A stretch of DNA of 63,997 nt, filler included, from Perkinsus olseni (taxonomy: Eukaryota), in assembly GCA_013115125.1 (NCBI GenBank). It is 10 parts of 10 records of this genome, joined end to end, with 100 filler letters (N's around TTAATTAATTAA, not from the genome) between each part and the next. Parts side by side here need not be neighbours in the genome. Positions count along the whole stretch, not along the records: positions 19,377 to 25,713 come from JABANN010001105.1; positions 25,814 to 32,149 come from JABANN010001106.1; positions 32,250 to 38,540 come from JABANN010001107.1; 7 more parts are not named here. One strand, given 5' to 3'. The notes beneath the pieces were generated by a model. It saw nothing but the letters and a program-made list of their open reading frames with translations. It was not told the origin of the DNA and did not search any database. Shown piece after piece: positions 24,891 through 37,405 of this stretch (within the stretch, counting starts at the first letter, position 1; each line of letters begins with the position of its first letter). The position numbers and the translations under genes are program-made.

Positions 24891-25713
24891 TGATCATAAC
24901 CATGATATTGGTCTTTAAGGCTGCTACACTCATCAGAGAGTCAGTGAAGATACTCTCGAGAAGGACAAGCATAGATAAAGTGGTGAGTGGCGAGGAGACT
25001 ATGGTCCACACTGCAACTGGTCCGCCGCCGCCGTCGTACTTCCCTTCGACAAGGTATTCCAGGAAACTCCTTCAACCCGCCAAGAAGCCAGACGTGATTT
25101 TATAGAATACATGAATCATGTACCACTCTACACTGGGATGCGCAATCCTCACCTTAGTTCACCGTCATTAACATAGATACTCAACCAGAATTCGACGCCG
25201 AACCAACTCAACAAGGAATGGACTTTGATGACAGGCGGAAAAGGTAGGCCCCTCGGGGATCATATTGCCGCCAAACCTCATCTCTCATCTCGTATCCGCG
25301 GATCACCTCCGTGTTTCATTGTCTTCTTTCAGTCACATTGAACGCTACATCCTCTTATATGGGAGATATCACCGCCAAGGCCTATGGTATGCTCCAGGTA
25401 AGTCATGCTGGTGTTGCAAGTGTCACGTGGTCATATACGCTACTGTTGATTATGGTCAGACAGCCGGTCAAGACTACAACTTGAACCTTATTGAGTTACA
25501 GGACTCCGTTCTGCCTAACATGCCCATTCTACAATTCATAGCCACTCAGGTGGTCATGATGATACTCGGTCGAGTAATCAGCGTCGAGTCTTATTTTAGT
25601 TGGCATCCGTGCTGGCTTTTGGGGCTCTCAGAATAGTGTGGGATATCCTCAACAACTTCCTTAGTAGAGTATCGGGAACATACACCGAGGTTGAGTATCA
25701 TAACCAAATGCAT

Positions 25714-25813
25714 NNNNNNNNNNNNNNNNNNNNNNNNNNNNNNNNNNNNNNNNNNNNTTAATTAATTAANNNNNNNNNNNNNNNNNNNNNNNNNNNNNNN
25801 NNNNNNNNNNNNN
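25714..25813. other. Artificial contig linker
   Basis: N44-TTAATTAATTAA-N44. Confidence 0.98.
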
Positions 25814-25886
25814 CTTTATTAAATTGTTCTGAGGTTTTACTAATTTGCTCTGGGGTTTTACTAAGTAGGTCTGGAAATGGTGTAGT
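25814..25886 (-). mobile_element. DNA-transposon terminus with 21-bp subterminal repeats (same element as 57611..57684)
   Basis: Near-identical reverse complement of 57612..57684. It interrupts the esterase coding sequence. Confidence 0.8.
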
Positions 25887-26787
25887 AGTCTCCTTCTTCT
25901 TGCATCCAACTCTACCCGCCCAGCGCCGATATCCCTGTTAGTCCTCGGTAGGAGGTTAGTAGCGAAGTAGGTACTCAAGAATCGTCTAGCTTTGAGGTAG
26001 CCGAGCGAGCCATTGTAGGGAACCCACTCATCATCGAGGCAATGTATGCTGGCCACCCTAGGCACCGGAGGCTTCGGGCCGAAGGTGGCATTATTATAGA
26101 TATCGTCACAGGTCTCGAAAGTCCCATTCAAGCCAGGTTTCAGAGCCAGTACACCATTAACCGAGACCGCCATTTGAATGACCTTATGACACAGAAGGGA
26201 TTCCACCATCATACCACCATTACTGTAACCATAACCATAGACAGGCAAGTTGTTCTTGTCCTCCCTCTTGATGATAATTCTCGTGTACTCAACATCGTCG
26301 ATATCTTGTCTTTTGGTGCAGCAGATGCCCGCATTCCATCCAGAGATGCTCTTGAAGACACTCGAGTACCATCCATATTCACTCCCACAGGCAATTGTCA
26401 ATATCAAACCATACTTATCGGCCAGAGGAATTGACTTGTGTCTCCTCTCCCAGCTCTCACAAGTCTTTCTCCAACTGTGATACTGATGAGTATACCCTTG
26501 ATCGGGACCCCCCGGGGCACATGACGATAATAATGACGTGTTAACGTCCAAGTATCAGAAACCTTCATGTCGAAGCTGAAGCTTTCCATTCCCGGGATCC
26601 ATCTCTTTGTACTCTTCTGGCCGCAGAAACCTCGGAAGTCGCATGCCCTCCTCGAGGAGTCGGCATATATCGTCGACGATGTGAACGGTGAGCTGAGGAG
26701 TGTAGCTTGATCGGTTTTGGTTGGGCTGGTCAATGACGGTGTGAATGACATAATCTTGAGGAAGTACACGAAGCTGGTTCTCGTCAA
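25887..26787 (-). pseudogene. PHB-depolymerase/LpqC-like alpha/beta-hydrolase, frameshifted and transposon-interrupted
   Basis: WNAGICC, DIDDVEY, nucleophile motif GYSNGGMM and HCLDDEWVPYNG. Frameshifts near 26490 and 25928 (the latter by comparison with the paralogue at 31665). The C-terminus is lost at the insertion. Confidence 0.8.
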
Positions 26788-27783
26788 CTGCGCCTGAAAT
26801 GGCCGAGGTCGATATATAGACGATCATGCTATGGTGAAAGCAACTGCAGTAACAAGTCACTCACCCTTCTCTGAAGACACCACATTGTAGCGCTCAACGG
26901 TGTAGTAGGTTTCACCACTGACGTCTCGTCTGCGAAGAGAAACCGCAGCCAGCCTTCGACGGGGCTCACACCCATACACGGCCTCCGCTTACCTCAGTCG
27001 CCTGAGCTCCTGGGTTATCTGAGGAGTGGCTGCGCTCACAACCATGTGGTTCCAGAATATCGGGATGCAATTCTCGCTGAAAGAAACCAGCGAGATCCAC
27101 CAGAAAGCTGAGGTAGCCTTCGCGTGTCAATCTCACGGCCCGGGAATTACGTCTCGGAGGCAGCTTCGTCGAAATCCTCGAGACATTCTCCGAGGATTGG
27201 CTGCATGGCACTGCTCAGAAATCTCCCATGGCCTCCCGCGATATGTTCTCCCATGGCCTCAGTGAGTACTGCGACGTGGCAGAGCAGCAAGGTTAGATAC
27301 TTTGAGGTTGACATGTTTCCGGAAAGCGCAGCAGAAGTTACCCTGCCAGCGTCCATCCGAGACAATCCGGCCACGATTTATCAAGACTAGTTCGCGCCTA
27401 CGAATCATACGGTACCCAACCCTCCACGAGGTGCTCTCACCTGCACTAAGCAAGGACTCGCCTCACCAAGTGGACCGGAGGTAGTCCTCAGAGTCCGAAG
27501 CAGGGATTACTTCGTAGGCGAAACGTCCCTCGGTGGTTTTGTTAAGCGGCAAGGCAGCGTGTCACCCCTCGCCGCAGCTAATCTTGGTACGCAAGCTGAC
27601 AGCTTAGCTACTTCGATCCTCTGGGTGTGCGCATTCTTCCGTGAGCAATTAATGTTACTGGGGCTGTAGTTGGCAGGGTATGGCAGTGATACCACCAATC
27701 CGATTAATCCCGCGGTGTCTTTCGAGCTCTTCGGGTTCTACGCATGGACGTGTTAGCTGAGCTAGTTAGCTTAGAAGACGTGC

Positions 27784-28200
27784 ATGCGAGTGCTTGCCTC
27801 CCCAGTGGCTGTCCAGTTTTGGGACAGTGAGGCAGCTAGTGTAACACTCGTAGTTTTGGAATACACTGAGGGTGGATCTCTCGTCGAGAGAGGCCTGGCC
27901 ATGGACGTGCACAGCATGGTGGAGAGGAGATCCTTCAGGAGGATGACACGCGTGCAGTCTGTGACGGCGTCGCAGCGCTACTTGGCCCGCGTTTTGTGGT
28001 ACCTGCTAACCGCTATCGAACGTCGGATCGTTATCTCCGATAACTGGAAGAATCTTTCGCGAGGACTGCAGTTCTCGGAATTCTTTAATGCTTGAGGTGG
28101 GCTTACGGCTCGGTGAGCCCTTTGTTAATTGGTGTGCCTCGTCGTCGCAGTAATTTGTTTTCTGACTCAGAATGGCCAATACGGACATCTCAGAAATTCT
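27784..28200 (+). pseudogene. Possible decayed protein-kinase fragment
   Basis: LVVLEYTEGGSL resembles kinase subdomain V and LARVLWYL resembles VIa. No HRD or DFG motif found. Confidence 0.25.
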
Positions 28201-28876
28201 GAGATTGACCGGGAACAGCCATTCTTCACGTCCAAATCCAAAGCATTTCGCCTCTCCGGCAGCGATATAGTTTTTTTCAGGCCTTCCCGATGGAAGACTG
28301 TCTATGTTTCCGAGTTTCTGTGGATTCTGGGCTACCCCTCGGCAGCCCTCGAAAAGCAGATCCGGGGACTTTCAGGTTGTGATCAGTGATGCATCCGGAC
28401 GAACGAACTCTCATGGTATGCAACTCGGCGGAGTCGACCTGCATGTCCAATCGCACAGTCTGTTTACGCAAAGATCATTTTGGAGGATCTTCGATGCGGT
28501 ATGCTGTTGGGGGAGGACTGGTTCTCGCTACTTCAGCATGTTCAGCATGCTCGGGTTGCCAGCTAGCTTTGACTTTCTACTCGAGTGAGCACTGGTTTGT
28601 GTTTGGGAGTGTTAGGAGTGACTTGATGACTTGTAGTGGTGATCTCCCTCACGTGAGTTGTCATTTTTCGCAGTACTTTTTCCTCTTTGGTCTGGGGATA
28701 GGCACGCTAATGTAAACTACAAGTGGCACAGCTGAATGAATTGATGAATCGACGCTCGAGGGAGTGAATACCGATCGGCTTGCCAGCTAGCCAAGGGCAC
28801 ATCGGGTTGACCGTCACGCTGCGAGGTGTTATTCTTTCTACTCAGGAGATAAGTTGAATACAACTTTTGTTTTATT

Positions 28877-30371
28877 ATGACACAAGAGCATTTCGACCTT
28901 CCATCTGACGTCAATCGAGAACGGAAATGGGAGTATCTCGACCATCCCGCAGATGTTATAATACATGCCTGGGGTCGGGACTACAAGGAGGCTCTCGAGA
29001 ATAGCGGAGAAGCGCTCACGGGGTACTTCTTGGGTGGTGCTCACCATTCGCTTGGACGTTATTCGTTGACTACTGTGCCATTGTTGAACGTACCTTCTCT
29101 CCGCACGAAGTAAACTATGGTAGACTCTGGTGTGCGGACTGGACGCGGCCCGGGTTTTCACTCTCTTCCCATCGTGAGGGAGAGTTTGATCTAGGGCGGC
29201 GGCCCGAGAGTTGAGTGTCATTCATTTTGATTAGATATATGACAGAGATAACGGAAGTGAACCCTGTTCTGAAGGAGCCTTTTGGTGTTAGACTGGAACC
29301 TTATGAGGAAGCTAATAAACACAATCTGACGTGAGTGGTCGATAACGATACTCGGATCGTGTATAACTGGATAAGGAGGAGCGCCTGTCCTTCTTGAAGA
29401 CATGCCAGCATCTCACTCACTGTTCAGCTAATCACTGTTGCCATTTGCATCACTGGCTGGCTTCGTCTGCTCAGTAACATGAATGCCAGGTACAAGTTTC
29501 TCGAAGAGCTCCTCTTCCTATTCTACGAGAGGGATAGCTTTCTGACGAGGTGTGTCCGTATCGAGAGGCTGGATCTGAAGCAGGGAGCTATCGATGCTCA
29601 TGTGTACTAATGAGAGAGAGATCAGGGCGGGCCGGTGTACATGTGGGACGTTACAATGAATGTGCGTATTAAACCTCATCACTGATGATTCATCAGTTTC
29701 GTAGCTCATCGAGTATACGACGGTCGCTAGCTGCAACTGAATAATCTTTGGCTTATTAAGAGTCTGGAACTTCATCGTCACCTAGTGGGTATCCTGGAGT
29801 TGTGCAAAGATCGCTCGTGTAGAGAATACTGTAGGAGGGCCCTTCTTGGAGGGGTTCCGAGCCTTGTGACATATTATAATGAACTGTATGAGGAACATCA
29901 TCGTAGATTCTCCGTTTATTAATATTATTCATATCATTCCGCCGGAATGACCAGCGGTCATTTCATCACTAGAGTAGCATTACCAGCGAAGCAAGGTTCA
30001 TTGGCCGCGGCCGCTATAGGATCATACATGTACTTCAGTGGGCAGTCGCATCGATGACTAACGCGATTACTCGTATCCTGCGCGTACAATTTCGCGCAAT
30101 ACTTTGTGGGGATCTCTGCGCTACTCATGTGAGAATACCCGATATTCAAGACTCGACTTGGGCGTTGCAACTAGGTCCGCAACCGCGACCTGGCTGGAAT
30201 CAGACAGGAGAACACCGCTCTAATTTGTCATTCAGATACGGCGAGCATATGGACTTGAGTCGTCATGAACAAGGTACGGAAATAAAGGCCATCACGTTAC
30301 ATGGTATGGAAATCGATGAAAGGGAAGACGGCGACAACCGTTGTGATATACACTTTCTTATTGACATATAG
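28877..30371 (+). CDS. ARCH: Archease (RtcB tRNA-ligase activator), multi-exon
   Basis: N-terminal WEYLDHPADVIIHAWG...EALTG|YMT and C-terminal GEHMDLSRHEQGTEIKAITLHGM...IHFLIDI* are archease signatures. Middle exons not fully resolved. Confidence 0.9.
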
Positions 30372-31664
30372 CTTGCTTCTCCCACAAGAACTGAACCGAT
30401 GCATATGCACATATTGAATGTACTGATTGAATACTGCTTGTCCAGCAAAGGCGATTGTTATTAGTCTCTCTCTTGTCGTGTGAGCGAAGTTCACTTGTTG
30501 AGTAGTAAACTAATGAGCAGCTGAAAATACTTCATTGACGTGTCCCCGGCTCCTCCTGCCATATGACAAATATCTCGATAGAGTTGGATAGTCGTACTTT
30601 GCGGAAATGGGAAGAACTAGTACGGAAGTGTATTAGATTGGCTACGTTTTTGCGTGAAATGGACGGAGAAATCGGAGGTTTTAGGAAATACAAGCGACAT
30701 AACCGATGGTATTGCAAGAGGGACTGGGTTCTACTCACTGGGACCCAGTGACTGGGTAGCATCAGAACTCATGTGGGCCATTCATAGCATTGCGCTGTCG
30801 TGCATTAAATAGGTATTCCATTGTCTGTGAGCGATTGGCCCATTTATTCAACATCGCGTGCGATGTCAGGGCGGAGGAGTTATTTCTATAGAGTGGATTG
30901 GGTGGCTTTGCCAATCTCAATAGGTGTAGACTAAGCCAAGCCTGAGCTTGGCGGTAGGCTTCTCCTCCTCCCTGAGCGAGATCCGCCGTTGTGGCCCGCA
31001 AGTGTTTAGGACGGCGATGTCCAGCTGGGCTGGCATCATCCAGCCCTGACTAGAAATGGGACGGCTCGTGGTGGTAATAGCTGCGCGGGACCGTCCCGCC
31101 GGGACGAGCGTAGAGTAGGTCCCTATGAGAAATTTCGCATAGGGTGCTATATGTTGGCAAATGAATGGCGGAACGCAATAGCTGCATCACCCGATATATG
31201 GATCGTTCCGGATATAGTTTGTGCGATTTGAGTCGACGGCAGATTCATCGTCACGCCATATGCTCTGGCTCCTTGCCAACGAGACGCTTGAACAGTCACC
31301 TTCCTTCCCCCGGTTCACTACGTTTCGTGTCCGGCTGACTTCAGTGCACTCAACGCCCACGGGCTGCTCAAACAATAATGAAGCCAGGCTCAGCAGCGAC
31401 GAGATTTAGCGATCTCGATCATGGCTTGTTGTAATGGAAAATAATCGGAAATCGATATTAAGTCATCCGTAAATTATCATAATATGTCATACGTAATATG
31501 ATGGCCCTTGATAACAAACTTTCGCATCACGAACTCAGCGTTCATGGTTCGTAACACTTGATGAAAAATTCCATCAACAGCACAGACCAACCGATGGCTA
31601 ATACTGGACAACGGACGAAGCATGGTGCACATCGTTGGGATTTGCGTGCTCGAAAGAAGTGAAA

Positions 31665-32083
31665 CTAGGGGTTATCAATGAAAATTTTCACCGCCCAATC
31701 AGCGGGATCGAGGTCGAAGGTTCTGAAAACGACATGGGCTGAACCATAGTAGCTACAGTTGAACCTCTTGATAGAGACAGCCCTCTCCTCTGCTGGACAC
31801 TTCCACTCCTTGAGTGTAGTCCACTTGTTCACCTTAGTTCTAGTAGTGTTCTTCCTCTCGCATCCGATTCTGCCGGCCCAACGTCTGATATCCCCGTTAG
31901 TCCTTGGGAACAGGGTCTCCGCGAAATAGTGGAGCATGGGAGGGCTCAGGACTGAGCCATTGTAAGGCACAACTTCATCGTCGATGCAGTGTACACTGGC
32001 CACTCTTGGCACCGGAGGCTTAGGGCCCAAGGAAGCATTATTATAGAGATTATCACATGTCTTGAAGCTTCCTTGTAGACCGG
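31665..32083 (-). pseudogene. Second PHB-depolymerase-like esterase, C-terminal half only
   Basis: GPKPPVPRVASVHCIDDEVVPYNG is nearly identical to the copy at 25887-26787, and a C-terminal His (SAHVVF) is present. Coding sequence is replaced by foreign DNA beyond about 32084. Confidence 0.8.
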
Positions 32084-32149
32084 GGGCCTATTCAAGTGCC
32101 CCTCTTCCCGAGTCCGAGGAGTCGGAAGGGCGTCCCTTCCGAACTCGGG
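32084..32149 (+). mobile_element. Probable transposon terminus with strong hairpin
   Basis: Begins GGGCCTATTC where esterase similarity stops and contains TCGGAAGGG-CGT-CCCTTCCGA nested in CCCGAG...CTCGGG. The contig ends here. Confidence 0.5.
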
Positions 32150-32249
32150 NNNNNNNNNNNNNNNNNNNNNNNNNNNNNNNNNNNNNNNNNNNNTTAATTA
32201 ATTAANNNNNNNNNNNNNNNNNNNNNNNNNNNNNNNNNNNNNNNNNNNN
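32150..32249. other. Artificial contig linker
   Basis: N44-TTAATTAATTAA-N44. Confidence 0.98.
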
Positions 32250-33294
32250 ATCTTTATATAAAGATATAAAAAATATTCCATACTATTATCAGTGATCGAT
32301 CGATCAATTGATCAATTGGGCGCGCGATAACGCTGAGCTGCGAAACGCTTTCCCTTCGGATGGCACCCCCGCATGTTCAAGGACTCACCAGCGAGATCAC
32401 TAGCAACTACAACGACAGTCGCGAGTGAGGAATTCTACCCAATGAAGTAACTCCCTCTAAAATGTCAAACGGTAGAATACTAATGAGTTTCTCATTTTCC
32501 TACTTTCTCAAGTGTCAATGAACGGTTCCCCCGCAGGGCCCCGCTGGGCCAGAAGACACCATGGAGCGTTGACAACTCACGGCTCGTGAGTCACGAGTCA
32601 TCAACTCTCGCGAATGATTCGCGCGGCGAATCGGAGATCAATGCTGTGCTGCTTCGCTCCCCCCCTATCCCCCCGTCCAACGTTGTTATCTGAAATTGAG
32701 TATCGGTGATTTGATGCTGCAGAATGAGTCATAGCAGGGAGTAGCTGAGCCACCCTATGCCACCAATATTATTCCAATGGTTCGTAATCAGACAACACAA
32801 GATGGGGAAAGGGTGCCTCTGCGTAGTAGAGACGAACATCAAGAGCAAATGGACTACGATGATGAAAATGGGATTACAGTCATTGACAAAATTTCAAACT
32901 GGCATCTTCATCTGCCAGTGAGTCACTGTAACTGGGAATAGCTGTTAGCTGACTTGCCAATAGCTCCGACTCCTTTCGGCTTCCGGACATGCTCTTGGAC
33001 GTTCGTTACACAAACGCCGGCCTCGCCCTCGATCTTCTCCTACCAAATGAGAAATCGGTTTCGTCCGGATTCGGCGGGGAGCTCAGAGCAGCGAATGAAT
33101 GGGATAGACCGAGAAACGATATTTCGAAACATTAAGGAAAACGCGCATACACGTAGTCTACGTGTCTACGTGACGTAGACGAATAACCTGACCAGCTCCT
33201 GGTCAGCTGTTACTTAAGAAACCTCAAGCTCCAGGCCCACCGAGCCCGTAATAGCAGCGAGCAAGTGACAAGTGGAGTGAGTCTACAACAAGCC

Positions 33295-35157
33295 TACCGG
33301 GGCAGTGCGGACCTTGTTTGCACGTTCTGCTCCGCCATTATCGTTACAGGGCAGGAGTGGCTCCGTCGAACGCCTAACATTATGGGAGATGCACCACACA
33401 GGCTAACGATCCGAAGAAGAGCTCACTCATCGGTAGGGAGCTCTACATCGCTGCCCTGCTGACGAATGACTTCTGGGGTCTGCACTCTCGGTAGAACAGC
33501 AGTCCCTTGAACCACCGGGGAGGGAGTCGCCACCGCCAGCTGGGGCGTCAAAATCTTTTCCACCAAAGCCGGTATGGACTGTGTAAGGGGCTCAACGCAT
33601 TCCTGATTCTGTGTCACCATTGAAGCGTAGTATTGGGATAACTGAAATGACTTGGATGAGACCTATCCAAAGGAATGAGAGATGGTCGGGAGGTCAACGA
33701 CGAGCTGACAGCTATGTAGCCTGAATATGAATTCGAGGCACCTTGGCCGCTCCCCCAGTGTCACAGTAATACATCGATACGTTGACACATGAACTTGCGC
33801 TTGAATTCATACCCCACCTCCCTACAGCCTGAACAATGTCTCCGACGTCTTTTTGCCTCCGACCGAGTACGTCCTTGATATCACGACTAACACTTCGATC
33901 GAGCCGATCACAGTTCTCCTGGGCTTCCCTGAACTTCACCAAATTCTGAGAGACAGCAGCAAGTTTCCTTAGAGCGAGCAAGGGCCGCCAGTATCACTAT
34001 AGCCTCACCCTATCTAGTTTCTCCTTGGCCGAATCTGACTTGGATCCGTTCTCCATCTTCTGCTGGTATTTTTTCTGCAACTCTTCAGTCTTCACTTCGT
34101 AGTGTTTCACCAATCCATGAGCTCTATCACGATCAGTGAGATCGGCCTGAGCAATGATGGAACGTCATCTTCCCCTTTGAATGCTACAGAATCGATCCTA
34201 TCGAAAGCAGAAAAGTACACCAAGATATGTTGCCATGATATCCAATATTCCCGAACGATTCAGCGTCAGCCAAAACCGAAGTTAACCTAATCAGCGTCCG
34301 TACGTCATGTACTACCCTCAAAGTCTTGACCCTCCCATCGAGTCTATCGATTTTACTTCTCGCATCGCCAATCGCCGTAATGGAGTTCTCGCCGCTGTGA
34401 TTGAGATGCGACATCTGTTGCGAGAATAGCGCGAAAGCCGGGGAGATATCCTGAGACATTGAAGTTGGGAATCCTGACCCCACCGGCAACTCACAACAAT
34501 TAATGTACCTTCCTCCCAGCAGTGGACTCAACGGCAGTGGAGCTCGCTGGATCGGCAGCCTCTCGAGCATATCTAGCAACGTTGAGGTATCTTGTGTTCA
34601 TCTTCTGTTGGTCTGTTGTGATGTGATCAATCTCTGCTGAAAGTTGCTGAAATGATGAGAAGCACTCATGATGAGCACATGAGCACTTATAATAGAGGGG
34701 GCCTTACCAGCAGCTTCGAGTTGTAGTCCAATAAATCCTTTCTCTCTCTCACCAAGGGGTCCTGGTCGAACTCCTTGACGCCGAACATCTGAAATTCGAC
34801 AAGAGAATTATCTCGGTGAATACGATTCGCGATCTCTCGGTTATAATATAGGACAAGCGCTCCGGGTTCACCGATCCACAGGATGTAGGACAAGTTGTAT
34901 AATACACTACACGCCCTCTGCTCTGACAGTCCTTGCACTAAGGACCGACGCAGGCGGGAAGGCTACTTTAACCGTAGATGCATTGTTAACCGGCTACGCG
35001 ACCTCCGACTCCTGGCACTGAGATCGACTATTCACCGGCTACTCACGGTGTGCTCGGTTACGAATGATGATTCAGGACGCGATATTAAGAACCCGCTAGC
35101 AGATATTACTTTTTCCTTCATATTCCTACAGGTTTTGTTATCAAACCACGAGGTCAT
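33295..35157 (-). CDS. Probable BAR-domain (amphiphysin-like) protein, multi-exon; 3' end unresolved
   Basis: Helical exons MTSWFDNKTCRNMKEK|MFGVKEFDQDPLV...DRDRAHGLVKHYEVKTEELQKK...KEKLDR|NLVKFREAQENCDRL fit the BAR helix 2/3 pattern, followed by a Pro-rich tail. Confidence 0.55.
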
Positions 35158-36551
35158 GACGAAGAAGGTGCGAAATCAATGAAACAAATCTGATAGATCT
35201 CTTAATCTGATGATACCAAAGCCGGTCGCAAAAGAAGCACTCCCCAAAACAAGAAACCGGTAGAACTCAGAGAAGACAGCATTTGATTCACGACTTGCAA
35301 TCTTGGACAACAACTTGAGAATTGTTCACATACCCCTTACGAGGAGTTATCTCATGACTCGATATCTTCACGAATAATCTCTTCGCAATCTGGGTGCGAC
35401 GTATGAAACCTGGATACACAGAACAAGTTAGTAACGGACTAGGCCGCATGCAGGTTTATATGCAAAGCTGTATATGGCTGTATCTTTCTTTTCACCATCG
35501 GTATAACCCTCCCCTTACACTATAAAGTCGATTTCCTCCTCCCTCTTGTATCCTTTGTCACCTTCCTTCGAAAGGTTCAACTCTTTACTCATCAGCCTCA
35601 CTGCCCAAGATGACCGTTTATTATCAGGCCGGTCACCTTTAATCTGGCCAACTGAGAACTAACTAATCCGGAAGGCGGCGCCCTTGCGACTCAACGGACC
35701 CAAACGATAGGGTTCCAGTCCTCACTAGCTTCCACTTACTACCTGGTAGATAGGCGTACAGGGCAACTCTCACAGTCGATCCATCCGCGACAACAACATA
35801 CCTAGTCCAGTTTAATCCCAGCAAGACAGGATGACTAGCATGAGCACTCACTTTGGTTGAAATAATGCCACTGGTAGTCCTACTCCTTTCGTGAATTCTA
35901 TTCCGAGAGAGGTGTTCACGAGCTGGGGAAGTCTAGGCGAGATGTTTGCTAGAGCGGTGGAATCGAGATGGCACAGTCTGAAATACGAATGAGGATAGAA
36001 AAGCCCCCGTTCAAAGTGAATTAATCGTCACGAGGCCGCCATAATAAGACCAGCGCGAAGGAGATTCACGCAAGGTAGCGGCGGGGCTCACTTGAGCAGG
36101 GATGTCGCAACTTCGTGCCACCTTTCCTCCGTCAAATCAGAAGGAATCTCAGGTAATGACGGAGCCCTGGAAAGGAAAAGCTGAGGGGGGACTTCAAGTT
36201 TTCTCCCAGACGAAACTCAGTATGCGTGTTTTTAGCCCAGTCGAGGGCATGCATTTGCGTAGAAGATCAGCCTTCAAGTACGTTAATAAGGGCTGTGGGG
36301 CCCAGGAGCTCACGAAACACGCTAATTGAGATGACAAAGGTAGATAAGTCGATGGAATAACGGTAGGCTACCGTCGGTAGCACGATTTTATAATAACGAG
36401 AGTGTCGTTGTCTGGTCACGTAGATGGCAACATTCTCATTCCTTCACTCAATACGTTGGGAATTTAGCGCTGCGCATCATATTCAAAGGCCTACAACTCG
36501 TCTAATTATTGTTTCATTCTTGTTTTACCTCACCGTTGTAGTTCCGGAATA

Positions 36552-37013
36552 TCACCTCTTCCCGTCAACCACTACTAACACGTTACCGCTCTTGACCGCT
36601 CTCGTGAAATCTCTACGGGCCTCCTGGAAGGCACGGGAATCATTATCAACCGCTGGCACGGTGATAATAAACGAACCTGTACATCGATCGAGTGCTAAAT
36701 TTATTAAAATTGAGGGAGTACAGTATAGTCCCAGAACAGCAATGGAGCTACTAGCGAACGGTGCCTGTCGAGGCCCGCGATCAGTTACGCTAGAGCTAAA
36801 GATGCGGCGTTATAATCACAGTCTTACGCTTGGATCGAGTCTGTTGTAATACACAACATAGGGAATCCCCTCAATGATAGCACCTTCATTTGAGGTCATC
36901 CCGGGTGGGCACTTCTTATGTTCCGATTGATATATCCACCAAGATCCGGCAACCACTACGGCAGCCACAGCAACGAGAAACTCGGGGCGAAGGATGTCGT
37001 CTGGTAATGACAT
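36552..37013 (-). CDS. Small hypothetical protein with N-terminal membrane anchor, spliced
   Basis: MSLPDDILRPEFLVAVAAVVVAGSWWIY, with a likely last exon GSFIITVPAV...VVVDGKR*. Confidence 0.45.
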
Positions 37014-37299
37014 GTTAATGGAGTACGCAGGCCACGAGTAAGCTAGGAGAACAGCCAGATTGCTATGTTACGATGAACCGTGATGCCTGCCGATAAGCAG
37101 TTTCAATATTACTAGTGGTGGTTCTAGCACGAGGTAGGGGGGGCCTGAATACTTCTGAATATGCTGACCACACTCGTATCATGTATATTACATGATGTAA
37201 TGTAGTCCGCGAAGCAGTTAGACTTCAACTCGCAGAAACGCGCAACTCGCAACGGGTTCGGGTTCTCGTTTCCGGGTTGTTCCTTGCACCAGGTTGGGG

Positions 37300-37405
37300 T
37301 ATGTACTCTCGCCCGCCCCGAAATTACTCAGGTTGCCCCGAGGTTACTCTTGCCCCCCCGAGATTTCTCTTTTTGCCCCTAGATTTCTCCACGTTGCCCC
37401 GCTGG
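37300..37405. repeat. Imperfect ~20-bp tandem repeat (TTGCCCC-GAGATTT-CTC-like)
   Basis: About five gcccc-centred units. Confidence 0.55.

Noticed and set aside
22200..25700. Possible exons or transposase fragments in the second half of contig 4
   Set aside because: Some exon-like pieces exist near 24300-25550, but I could not build a coherent gene model or recognise a family.
26552..26560. In-frame TGA between ORFs 26555..26860 and 25766..26551 as stop-codon recoding
   Set aside because: The esterase-like N-terminus (RHYYRHVP...GILI) is in another frame, so a frameshifted pseudogene explains it. Other genes here use TGA as a normal stop.
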